Of a stretch of 51,022 nt of DNA, positions 1 through 8,349 are shown one piece after another. The notes beneath the pieces are model-generated. The model did not search any database and had not been told where the DNA came from. It saw only the letters and a list, made by a program, of their open reading frames with translations. The position numbers were made by a program, and so were the translations under genes. Origin of the DNA: Polyangia bacterium (GTDB lineage: Bacteria; Myxococcota_A; Polyangia; Fen-1088); the NCBI GenBank assembly GCA_038325725.1, contig JBBQJG010000003.1:1-51022 (forward strand), read 5' to 3'. Positions within the stretch are counted from its first letter, which is position 1. Every line of letters begins with the position of its first letter.

Positions 1-1581
1 CTCGCGGCGCTGTGGATGATGGGCCTGCGCGTCCTACGCTCGCCCGCGACGCTCGCGGAGCACCTGGCGCACTTCGTACCGATCATCGGCTTCACGCCGG
101 GGCCGCTCATTGTCGGACCGCTCGGCGCGCTCGCGCGCCACAGCGTGAGCGGCATGTTCGGCGCGCTCGCGGCGCTCGGGGGCACGGTCCTCGCGACGAC
201 GGCCTTCGCCGCCTTTGTAGCCCGCCGCGCCGGCATGTCTGGGTGGGAAGAGGCGGGCGCGACCTGGACCGACGCGAGCGTGCGCCCGCGCCGAGCCTCG
301 GCCCGGCCCCTCACGGCCGCGACGAAGGACCTCACGCTCATCACGCGCGATCGCGCCCAGCTCGTCGCGCTCGTGTCGATGCCGGTCATCTTCGTGGGCG
401 TTCAGCTCGTGGGCGCCGCCGGGTGGTCGTGGTCGACGGCCAACCTCGATCGCATCTCGCACCTCGCGTTTTCGCTCACGCTGTACATGGCCACGATCGG
501 CCCGCTCGCGCACATGCAGGCCGAGCGCCGCGCCTTCTGGATCCTGCGCACTGTGCCGGTGTCGATGGGGCGCCTGCTCGCGGCCAAGGCGAAGGCCTGG
601 TCGCTCGTCGTCGGCGGCACGGCCTTCGTCGCCTTCGCGACGCTCTCGCTCGGCCTTCCGCGCGTCGGCCTCGTCGACTGGCTGGGCGCCGCGGTGGTCG
701 TCGTCGCGGGCGCCGTCGCCGTGACCTGGCTGGCGATCCCGCTCGCAGCGGGCGCCGCCGATCTCTCCGACGAGCAGCGCCCCGTGATCGGCCCCGCGAC
801 GATCTACACGTTTCTTTTTATCGGAGGCCTCTACAACGTCGTCGTCGCGGGCAATGGCGTGCAGCGTACCGCCGGCTTCGGCCTCTACGCGCTCGCGATC
901 GCCGCCACCTGGCGAGAGGGCGTCGCGCGCGCGAACGTCTGCTTCGACGCCGAGGCCGTGCGCGCGCGCCGGCTCACGCTCGGCGACGCCGCCGCCTTCG
1001 TCATCGCGCTTTCGATCGGCCAGCGCGCGGCCGCCATGGGCGCGGAGCTCGCCGCGCTCGCGGGCCCCATCGGGACGTTCGTCGGGCAGGTCATCGTCGC
1101 AGTCGGTGTCGGGCTCGTCGCCGCCATCTACCTCGCGCGCCGCCCCGACACCGGGCCTCGCCTCGGCCTGCCGTCATCGCTCGCGCGCGCTCTCCTGGTG
1201 GGCGCCCTCGGCGGCGCGCTCGCTCAGCTCGGCGGAGGTCACGCGCTCCTCTCGTCGCCGCGAGGGCTCCTCGCCGCGCTCCCGATCTTCCTGTGCGAAG
1301 AGCTCGTCTTTCGCGGCATCGTCCAGCGGGGCCTCGCCGAGGCGCGGCTCCTGCGCTCGGACGACCACAACCGCGCGCTGGCCGCCGTCGGGAGCGTGAC
1401 GCTCGCCGTTATGGCGACGATCGCCGCGGGGGCCACCGACGCCACCTCGCTGAGATTTTTGATTGTTTCCCACGCGGTCGCGGCCCTCACGAAAGCCAAG
1501 ACCGGACGAACCCTCGCGGCCGTGCTCGCGCGCGCCGGCGCGGCGGGGGCCGCGTTGGCCTTGCACCGCCTGTTTTTCTAG
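1..1581 (+). CDS. Polytopic membrane protein (5'-truncated): ABC-2/permease-like N-terminal part fused to a degenerate CPBP/Abi (CAAX protease-like) domain
   Basis: Frame is open from base 1 (first ATG at 16). Many TM segments; ERRAFWILRTVPVSMGRLLAAK resembles the ABC-permease E...W.L...P.....L..K motif; EELVFRG is CPBP motif 1. Confidence 0.6.
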   Translation, partial: LAALWMMGLRVLRSPATLAEHLAHFVPIIGFTPGPLIVGPLGALARHSVSGMFGALAALGGTVLATTAFAAFVARRAGMSGWEEAGATWTDASVRPRRASARPLTAATKDLTLITRDRAQLVALVSMPVIFVGVQLVGAAGWSWSTANLDRISHLAFSLTLYMATIGPLAHMQAERRAFWILRTVPVSMGRLLAAKAKAWSLVVGGTAFVAFATLSLGLPRVGLVDWLGAAVVVVAGAVAVTWLAIPLAAGAADLSDEQRPVIGPATIYTFLFIGGLYNVVVAGNGVQRTAGFGLYALAIAATWREGVARANVCFDAEAVRARRLTLGDAAAFVIALSIGQRAAAMGAELAALAGPIGTFVGQVIVAVGVGLVAAIYLARRPDTGPRLGLPSSLARALLVGALGGALAQLGGGHALLSSPRGLLAALPIFLCEELVFRGIVQRGLAEARLLRSDDHNRALAAVGSVTLAVMATIAAGATDATSLRFLIVSHAVAALTKAKTGRTLAAVLARAGAAGAALALHRLFF

Positions 1582-1594
1582 AAATGCGGCTAAA

Positions 1595-2791
1595 ATGAAC
1601 CTCGTGACCCTTCGCTTAAGCTCACTGCACTTATTGGTATTTTGTTCGCTCGCCCTCGGCGCCTGCAAGGTGGACGAAAGCGGGCTCTCGGCGCAGACCA
1701 AGCTCCAACGCGACGGCAGCGCGCCAGCGCCCGACGTCGGCGGCGCCGCGGGGAGGACAGGGACGGCGGGAGAGACGGGCGGCGCCGGCTCCGGCGTCGC
1801 GGGAATGACGACGGGCAATGGCGGGACGGCCGGTGACTCGAGCGTCGCGGGCGGCACGGGCACGGGCGGCGGCGGGATGGCCGGCGAGACCTCGTCCGGC
1901 GGCGGCACGACGGGGACCGCCGGCAGCAGCACCACCGGCGGGGCGTCGGTCTGCTCCGGCACCACCGGGGCCGCGGGCGCGTCCGGCGGCACGGGCGGCA
2001 CCCAGACCGGAGGGACCGGCGGCGTCGTCGCCACGGGTGGCACGGGCGGCATCGTCGCCACCGGCGGCACGGGCGGCGTCGCCGCCACCGGCGGGACCGG
2101 CGGCGTCGTCGCCACCGGCGGCACGGGCGGCATCGTCGCCACCGGCGGCACGGGCGGGGGCGGCTCGACGGGCGCCGCCGGCTCTACGGCCCCGTCCTGC
2201 GGTCCCGGAAACTGCTCGAACGGATGCTGCAGCGGCACGACGTGCGTGCACACGCGGTCGGCGACCTTCTGCGGAAACGGCGGACTCGCCTGCAAGGCCT
2301 GCGCGCCGTGCGAAATGTGCACGGGCGCTTTCGCCTGCGACATCGACCCGAGCTCTGATTGGACCGTCGTCGCCATCTCGGCCTCGGTCGATTCGTCGCC
2401 TCCGCGAGGCGGCACCTGGGATCCGAAGTCAGGCATGATCGGTGGGACGGGGCCCGATCTCTTCTGCGAGTTCGAGCAACCGCCTCACATGGTCAACGCC
2501 GCCTCCGCCGGCGTCACCGACACGATCACGGACCAGACCGCGGCGACCTGGAACACGGTCATCTCGCCCGCCGGCCGGTTCATCAAGGCATCCGATCTGA
2601 TGACGACGACGAAGCCCTGGCGCATCTGGGTCGGCGACGACGACGGGTGCGGGCTGAACGGGTGCAGCGGTGAGCCGCTGTGCGAGATCGATCCGCCGCT
2701 GACGGCGGCCGTCCTGCGCGCGGGGACGCTGTCGAAGGACAACTACATGCTCTGCAAGACGTTGGTCCTGAAGTTCCTCTGCCAGGACTGA
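1595..2791 (+). CDS. Putative lipoprotein with Gly/Thr-rich repeat linker, Cys-rich module and C-terminal C2-like domain
   Basis: Signal peptide with lipobox LGAC; TGGTGG(V/I)VA repeats; CGPGNCSNGCC...C cluster; WDP..PDLF and IWVGDDD motifs. Start is ATG 1595 or GTG 1604; the ORF-track start at 1463 overlaps the upstream gene. Confidence 0.7.
   Translation: MNLVTLRLSSLHLLVFCSLALGACKVDESGLSAQTKLQRDGSAPAPDVGGAAGRTGTAGETGGAGSGVAGMTTGNGGTAGDSSVAGGTGTGGGGMAGETSSGGGTTGTAGSSTTGGASVCSGTTGAAGASGGTGGTQTGGTGGVVATGGTGGIVATGGTGGVAATGGTGGVVATGGTGGIVATGGTGGGGSTGAAGSTAPSCGPGNCSNGCCSGTTCVHTRSATFCGNGGLACKACAPCEMCTGAFACDIDPSSDWTVVAISASVDSSPPRGGTWDPKSGMIGGTGPDLFCEFEQPPHMVNAASAGVTDTITDQTAATWNTVISPAGRFIKASDLMTTTKPWRIWVGDDDGCGLNGCSGEPLCEIDPPLTAAVLRAGTLSKDNYMLCKTLVLKFLCQD
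2006..2158 (+). repeat. 27-bp in-frame tandem repeat, about 5.7 copies (TGGTGG[V/I][V/A]A)
   Basis: Read directly from DNA and translation. Confidence 0.9.
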
Positions 2792-2803
2792 GCGAGAGCG
2801 CCT

Positions 2804-4312
2804 TCAGGCGAGGGCGAGGCGGCGGGGGGCCGGCGCCTCGGGCGCGCGCGTCTCGGGCAGCGGGACCGCCGACAGGGCGGCCCGCCAGTCCGCAAAGCGG
2901 CCGCCCGCGCGCGTGGCCACGGCCGCCGCGCGTCCCGCCGCGAAGCCGCCCTGCGCGAGTCGGTATTCGACCCAGGCCCACTTCGGCGACGTCGGCCGAA
3001 TCTCGACGCGGCCGCGCAAGGCGGCACGCAGGCGGGCCAACCGGTGTTCGATGACCTCGATCTCCTCGAAGGGGGTCTGATCGAGCGGCGTGTTGCGCTT
3101 GGCGACGAACGGCGCGATGCCGTACGACAGCCTCGGCGCGACGGCCGCGAGCTCGAGGCCGAAGCGGGCGAGCTCGTCGATGTCGGCGTCCGTCTCACCG
3201 GGCAACCCGACCATCATGTAGAGCTTTAACTCTCGCAGCCCATGGTCGCGACACAGCTGCGCGGCGCGCAGCAGGTGCCGCTCCTTCGTCTTGCGCTGAA
3301 TGATGTCGCGCATGCGTTCGGAGGCGCCGTCCGAGGCCGTCGTCAGCGTCTGGTAGCCGCCGCGCTTGAGCAGGCCGACGATCTCATCGTCGAGCCGGTC
3401 GGCTCGCAGGCTGGAGATGCCGACCTGGCGGCCCGTGTCGACGACGTGGCGGAGGATCTCGGGCAGGCCGGGGTGGTCGGTCACGGCGGCGCCCACGAGG
3501 CCCACGCGGCGCGCGTCGTCGGGGATGAGGCTCTTGACCTTCGCGGGCGAGACGAGCCGCATGCCGCCGTTCGTCGACCGGCGCATCACGCAGTAGGTGC
3601 AGCCGCGGTGGCAGCCGCGCTCGGGCTCGATGAGGAACATGTCGCGCAGCTCGGTGTTGGGCGTGCGGATCTGCGAGTAGGCCGGCAGGTCGTCGTCGGG
3701 CGTTTTTGCGATGGCAGGCAGCGTCTCGCCGTGGAGCGACGGTACGTAGAAGCCGGGGCGCGCCGCGAGGTCGGCGAGCAGGGTCGCGCGCTCGCTCGTG
3801 CCGCGAATCGCGTCGACGAGGACGGGCAGCAACGTCTCGGCCTCGCCCATGAGGATGACGTCGGCGAACGGGCCCGCCGGCACGGGGTTCGAGAAGGTGA
3901 GCGGGCCGCCGATGACAATGAGGGGGTGACGCTCCGGGTGCTCGGCGCGTTCATCGGCGAACGCCGGGATGCCACACAGGTCGAGGCAATCGCACAGCCC
4001 CGCGAGCTCGAGCTCGTAGGCGAGCGAGAAGGCGAGCACGGGGAAGTCGCCCACGCGACGCTCGGACTCGTAGGTGCAGAGCGGCTCGCGGGAAAGACGC
4101 GCGGCGCGCGCGTCGTCGGGCAGGAAGGCGCGCTCGGCGGCGACGTTGGGCAGCGCGTTCAGGAGGCGGTAGACCGTCTGATAGCCCAGCGACGACATGC
4201 CGACCGTGTAAGGGCTCGGGTAGACGAGGGCGATGCCCAGCTCGCCTTGCTTGCGAATGGTGCCGACCTCGGACTCGAGGCGCTCCCAGCGGATCTCACG
4301 AAAAGACTGCAT
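2804..4312 (-). CDS. Radical SAM protein (COG1032-like, B12-binding-type N-terminus)
   Basis: CxxxCxxC motif (RGCHRGCTYC); N-terminal YPSPYTVGMSSLG and ERAFLP; LKLYMMVGLPGETDAD. Confidence 0.85.
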   Translation of the reverse strand: MQSFREIRWERLESEVGTIRKQGELGIALVYPSPYTVGMSSLGYQTVYRLLNALPNVAAERAFLPDDARAARLSREPLCTYESERRVGDFPVLAFSLAYELELAGLCDCLDLCGIPAFADERAEHPERHPLIVIGGPLTFSNPVPAGPFADVILMGEAETLLPVLVDAIRGTSERATLLADLAARPGFYVPSLHGETLPAIAKTPDDDLPAYSQIRTPNTELRDMFLIEPERGCHRGCTYCVMRRSTNGGMRLVSPAKVKSLIPDDARRVGLVGAAVTDHPGLPEILRHVVDTGRQVGISSLRADRLDDEIVGLLKRGGYQTLTTASDGASERMRDIIQRKTKERHLLRAAQLCRDHGLRELKLYMMVGLPGETDADIDELARFGLELAAVAPRLSYGIAPFVAKRNTPLDQTPFEEIEVIEHRLARLRAALRGRVEIRPTSPKWAWVEYRLAQGGFAAGRAAAVATRAGGRFADWRAALSAVPLPETRAPEAPAPRRLALA

Positions 4313-4345
4313 TTTGCTGCCCCCAGCGGGGCCGCCCACTATACG

Positions 4346-6286
4346 TTAGATCGGGGACCCTGAGAGGGTCCCCGGGCCCCCCGACGGCGGCTCGGACGAG
4401 CGAAGGTCGTCCTCCGCGGGACTCTGCTGAGTGGCGTGCCCCGTCATCTGAAGCCGGTACAGGCGCGCGTAGTGCCCGCCGTGGGCGAGGAGCTGCTCGT
4501 GCGTGCCTTCCTCTTCGATGCGGCCTTGGTGAATGACGAGGATGCGAGAGGCGCGCTTGATCGTCGACAGGCGGTGGGCGATCACGATCGACGTCCGGCC
4601 GCGCATGAGCTCCGCGATGCCGCGCTCGATGATGCGCTCCGTCTCGGGATCGACGCTCGCGGTCGCCTCGTCAAGGACGAGGATCTCGGGGTCGCGGGCC
4701 AGCGCGCGCGCGAACGCGACGAGCTGGCGCTCGCCCGCCGAGAAGTTCGCACCGCGCTCGACGACGGCGGCGTCGAGGCCGCCCGTGCGCGCCGTGATGA
4801 CGCGGTCGGCGCCGACCCGGCGGGCCGCCTCGAGGATGCGGGCGTCGGTGACCTCGGGATCGCCGAGGCCCAGGTTGTCGCGGAGCGTGCCCGAGAACAT
4901 GAACACGTCCTGGCTCACGACGACGATGCGGCGGCGCAGCGCCTTGCGCTCGAGCGCGCGCGCGTCGACGCCCCCGAGGCGGATCACGCCGCCCGTCGCG
5001 TCGTACAGGCGCGGCAACAGCTTGATGATCGTCGACTTGCCGGCGCCCGTCGCGCCGACGATGGCGAGAGTCTCGCCCCGGGCGATGCGGAGCGAAACGT
5101 CCGAGAGCACAGGGCGGTCTTCGCGATAGCCGAAGGTCACGTGGTCGAGCTCGATCAAGGGGGGCGTCTCGCCCGTCGGCGGGCGGGGAGGGACCTCGAC
5201 GAGCGGGGCGTCCGGGTGGTCGGTGTCGAGGAGGGCGAAGACCCGCTCGGCCGCCGCCATCGCCTGCTGCATCACCGTGTACTTCGTCGAGAGATCACGA
5301 ATGGGCGCGAAGAACTTGTTCAAGTATTCGATGAAGGCCACGAGCACGCCGAAGGTGAGCGTTCCGCCCGCGATGCGCGCGCCGCCGTGCCATAGCAGCC
5401 CCGCGACGGCGATCGCGCCGACGGCCTCGACGATCGAGTACAGCGAGGCGTCGGCGAAGATCGCGCGCGAGTTGGCCTCGCGGTACTCGACGTTGATGAC
5501 GTCGAACTCGGCCGCGACGCGCGCCTCGCGCGCGAACACCTGCACGACCTTGATGCCCGACAGGTGCTCTTGGAGGAAGGCGTTGAGGCGGGCGGCCTTC
5601 GCGCGGATCTCGCGGAAGGCGTCGCGCACCCAGCCGCGGAACGACGCGGCGACGCCGTAGAGGATCGGGGCGCTGCCCAGCGAGAAGAGCGCGAGCTTCC
5701 AGTCGAGGCCGAAGATCACGACGAGGATGAAGGAGAGCCGCACGACGTCTCCGAGGAGGCTCACGAGCCCCGAGGCGAACATCTCGGTGAGCGCCTCGAC
5801 GTCGCTCGTGAGGCGGGTCATGAGCCGGCCGAGCGGTGTGCGATCGAAGAACGCCGCCGCGAGCGCGAGGACGTGGGCGTGGACCTCGACGCGGAGATCG
5901 TTCATGGCCCTTTGACCAATGAGCTGCGTGAAATAAGTCTGCGCGAAGGACGCCCCGTACTGGCCGAGCAGCGCCAGCAGGTAGAGGAAGCCGAGCTTGT
6001 CGAGGCCGGCCAGCTGGCGGATCGAGATGTGCTCGTCGATGGCCTTCTTGAGCAGGTACGGCTGCGCGAGCTCGAAGGCCGCCGCGATGGGCAGCAGCGC
6101 GACGGCGAGGAACAGCCCGGTCCGGTACGGCCACGTGTACGCGAAGATCCGGCGCAGCAGCGCACCGTCCAATGCCTTCCCGACGGTCGTGTCCTCGGTT
6201 TTATCGGGGACCCTGAGAGGGTCCCCGCGCCCCCCGGTGCTCGCTCCGCGCGGCGAAGCCGCGCTGCGCTCGGGTTTACCTTTCAC
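4346..6286 (-). CDS. ABC exporter ATP-binding/permease subunit B (MdlB/YheH-like)
   Basis: TMD plus Walker A GATGAGKS, signature FSAGERQ, Walker B ILVLDEAT, H-loop IAHRLST. GTG at 6286 has GAGGAA upstream; the ORF-track extension to 6748 overlaps the upstream gene. Confidence 0.9.
   Translation of the reverse strand: MKGKPERSAASPRGASTGGRGDPLRVPDKTEDTTVGKALDGALLRRIFAYTWPYRTGLFLAVALLPIAAAFELAQPYLLKKAIDEHISIRQLAGLDKLGFLYLLALLGQYGASFAQTYFTQLIGQRAMNDLRVEVHAHVLALAAAFFDRTPLGRLMTRLTSDVEALTEMFASGLVSLLGDVVRLSFILVVIFGLDWKLALFSLGSAPILYGVAASFRGWVRDAFREIRAKAARLNAFLQEHLSGIKVVQVFAREARVAAEFDVINVEYREANSRAIFADASLYSIVEAVGAIAVAGLLWHGGARIAGGTLTFGVLVAFIEYLNKFFAPIRDLSTKYTVMQQAMAAAERVFALLDTDHPDAPLVEVPPRPPTGETPPLIELDHVTFGYREDRPVLSDVSLRIARGETLAIVGATGAGKSTIIKLLPRLYDATGGVIRLGGVDARALERKALRRRIVVVSQDVFMFSGTLRDNLGLGDPEVTDARILEAARRVGADRVITARTGGLDAAVVERGANFSAGERQLVAFARALARDPEILVLDEATASVDPETERIIERGIAELMRGRTSIVIAHRLSTIKRASRILVIHQGRIEEEGTHEQLLAHGGHYARLYRLQMTGHATQQSPAEDDLRSSEPPSGGPGTLSGSPI
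4350..4383. repeat. Palindromic element copy A (GGGGACCCT-GAG-AGGGTCCCC core) in the ABC-B C-terminus
   Basis: 33/34 identical to 6203-6236; perfect 9-bp stem. Confidence 0.85.
6203..6236. repeat. Palindromic element copy B in the ABC-B N-terminus
   Basis: 33/34 identical to 4350-4383, same orientation. Confidence 0.85.
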
Positions 6287-6422
6287 GCGGCTTCCTCGAC
6301 GCTCGCTCCGCGCGGCGAAGCCGCGCTGCGCTCGGGTTTGCCTTTCACGCGGCTTCCTCGGTGCTCGCTCCGCGGCGAAGCCGCGCTGCGCTCGGGGTTG
6401 CCTTTCACGCGGCCTCCTCGGC
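6239..6422. repeat. Tandem triplication (62+62+60 bp) of the ABC-A stop / ABC-B start junction, each unit with a CGCGGC-GAA-GCCGCG hairpin
   Basis: Units 6239-6300, 6301-6362 and 6363-6422 aligned by eye; each carries GAGGA[A/G]GCCGCGTGA on the minus strand. Confidence 0.95.
6283..6408 (-). CDS. 41-aa repeat-derived mini-ORF linking ABC-A and ABC-B by two GTGA overlaps
   Basis: MKGNPERSAASPRSEHRGSRVKGKPERSAASPRGASVEEAA*; its start overlaps the ABC-A stop and its stop overlaps the ABC-B start; SD-like GAGGAG 5 nt upstream. Confidence 0.45.
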   Translation of the reverse strand: MKGNPERSAASPRSEHRGSRVKGKPERSAASPRGASVEEAA

Positions 6423-8210
6423 CAGGGCCTCGGCGGCGAGCTGCTCGCGGTAGAGCGACGCGTAGAGGCCGCCCTTGCCGAGCAGCTCGGGGTGCGTGCC
6501 GCGCTCGGAGACGCGCCCGGCGTCGAGGACCAGGATCTGGTCGGCCTCCTTGACGGCGGCCACGCGGTGCGAGACGAGGATCGACGTGCGTTCGCGTAGG
6601 ATGGGGCGCAGGCGCGTGAGGATCTCGCGCTCGGTCTGCGCGTCGACGGACGACAGCGTGTCGTCGAGGATGAGGAGGCGCGGGTCGGAGGCGAGGGCGC
6701 GCGCGAGGGCGACGCGCTGCCGCTGGCCGCCCGACAGGGTGATGCCACGCTCGCCGACGAGCGTGTCGTAGCCGTCGGGCAACGCGGCGATGTCGGGGCC
6801 GAGGCCGGCTGCCTCAGCGGCGCGCACGACGCGCGCGCGCAGCTCGTCCGGCGCCTCTTCGACGCCGAAGGCGATGTTCTCGGCGACGGTCGCGGAGAAC
6901 AGGAACGCGTCCTGCGGCGCGTAGCCGACGAGCGCGCGCAACGTCGCGAGCGGCAGCGTCGTGACGTCGTGGCCGCCCACGCTCACGCTGCCGGGCGCGA
7001 CGTCCTGCAGCCGCACGAGCGCGTCGACGAGCGTCGTCTTGCCCGCGCCCGTCGGCCCGACGATCGCGAGCGTCGAGCCCGCGGGGACCGAGAACGACAC
7101 GCCGTCGAGCAAGACGCGCGCGTCCGACGAACCTTCATTGACCGCCACGCGCAGGTCGCGCACGGCGATCTCGGGACGCAGCGCCTCGGCCGGAGCGACG
7201 ACGCCGGGTGCGTCGCGAATCGCCGGGGGCATCGCGAGCAGCTCGCGCACGCGCGTCCAGCCGGCGATGCCGCGCTGCCAGATGCTGATGATCCACCCGA
7301 GCGCGATCGTGGGCCACGACAGCTGCACGAGCAGGGCGTTGAACGCGATGAGCGCGCCGATCGTCATGCGCCCCGCGATGACATCGCGCCCGCCCGCCCA
7401 CAGGACGATGAGCGTCCCCGCGCCGCCGAGCATCGCGAACAGCGGCCCCAGCATGCCGCGCGACTTCACGAGACGCAGCGTGCGCGCGAGGTAGTCGTCG
7501 TTGAGCGCGCGGAACCGCGCGTGGCGCCGCTCCTCGAGCGTGTAGTGCTTGACGACCGAGATGCCGGCCAGGTCCTCCTGGATCGACGTCGACATCTTGC
7601 CGAGTTGTTCCTGGATCTCGCGACTCGCCTTGTACATGAGGCGGCTCGACAGTCGCGCGCCGAAGAGCAGGAGCGGGTAGGGCACGAGCGCGAACAGCGT
7701 CAGCCGCGGCGACAGATGAAAGAGCAGCCACAGCGTCCCGCTGTAGACGAGCGTCGTGTTGACGAGGTTGAGCAGCCCCGGCCCGAACAGCATGCGCACG
7801 GCGCCCAGGTCGTTCGTGAGGCGCGACATGACGTCGCCCGTGGCGTTGCGGCGAAAAAAGGCCGCGTCCTGGCGCAACAGGTGCGCGAAGAGATCGCGCC
7901 GCAGCGAGTACTCGACGTTGCGGCCCGCGTTGAAGATGAGCACGCGCGACGTGGTTCGGATCGCCGCCTGGAGGATCGCGAACAGCGCGATGAGCCCGGC
8001 GTCGCGCACGACGAGGCCGCGCGCGGCCGGTCCCGCCTGCCCGAGGGCGTCGATGGCGTTCTTGAGCAACAGGGGGTTGGCGATCGCGAACCCGTTCGTC
8101 GCGAGCAGGCAGGCCGTCCCCGCACCGATGCGTCCCAGCTCGGGTGAAAGGCGCGCAAACAGCGACGGCGCGCGCTCTGGGGCGAGGCTCGGGGGCGGGG
8201 CGGGCGGCAC
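6405..8210 (-). CDS. ABC exporter ATP-binding/permease subunit A (MdlA/YheI-like)
   Basis: TGDVMSRLTND in the TMD; Walker A GPTGAGKT; LSGGQRQR; degenerate Walker B LILDDTLSSVD and VSHR, typical of the MdlA-type half of a heterodimer. Confidence 0.92.
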   Translation of the reverse strand: MPPAPPPSLAPERAPSLFARLSPELGRIGAGTACLLATNGFAIANPLLLKNAIDALGQAGPAARGLVVRDAGLIALFAILQAAIRTTSRVLIFNAGRNVEYSLRRDLFAHLLRQDAAFFRRNATGDVMSRLTNDLGAVRMLFGPGLLNLVNTTLVYSGTLWLLFHLSPRLTLFALVPYPLLLFGARLSSRLMYKASREIQEQLGKMSTSIQEDLAGISVVKHYTLEERRHARFRALNDDYLARTLRLVKSRGMLGPLFAMLGGAGTLIVLWAGGRDVIAGRMTIGALIAFNALLVQLSWPTIALGWIISIWQRGIAGWTRVRELLAMPPAIRDAPGVVAPAEALRPEIAVRDLRVAVNEGSSDARVLLDGVSFSVPAGSTLAIVGPTGAGKTTLVDALVRLQDVAPGSVSVGGHDVTTLPLATLRALVGYAPQDAFLFSATVAENIAFGVEEAPDELRARVVRAAEAAGLGPDIAALPDGYDTLVGERGITLSGGQRQRVALARALASDPRLLILDDTLSSVDAQTEREILTRLRPILRERTSILVSHRVAAVKEADQILVLDAGRVSERGTHPELLGKGGLYASLYREQLAAEALAEEAA

Positions 8211-8349
8211 GGCGGCAAGTATTCAACACGAAACCGGTTCCGCCCGTCACCCTCGACGGGATCTTCGCGATTGAACCCTCGAAACCCAAGGGTCTATAGT
8301 CGAACGCCTCGATCCCCGCGGGCACCCCTACGTCAGACCCTCGAACGCC

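Noticed and set aside
2804-4312. Radical SAM as the missing EpmB
   Set aside because: No KamA/EpmB motifs (no lysine-aminomutase PLP region); N-terminus is of the COG1032 type
6239-6422. Possible CRISPR array
   Set aside because: Units are contiguous tandem copies with no unique spacers, and there are no cas genes
6287-6748. N-terminal extension of ABC-B to 800 aa; similar extensions for der (23545), the yfgM-like gene (25766), TerC (42539) and the Nit1-like gene (46146)
   Set aside because: The extensions overlap neighbouring genes or intergenic promoters and are low-complexity; downstream starts with GTGA/ATGA coupling or -10 boxes fit better
2804-8210. RiPP cluster (ABC exporters + 41-aa peptide + radical SAM)
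   Set aside because: The peptide is explained by the junction triplication. The radical SAM shows no SPASM/RRE features and has its own TATAGT -10-like box, and the exporters lack a peptidase domain
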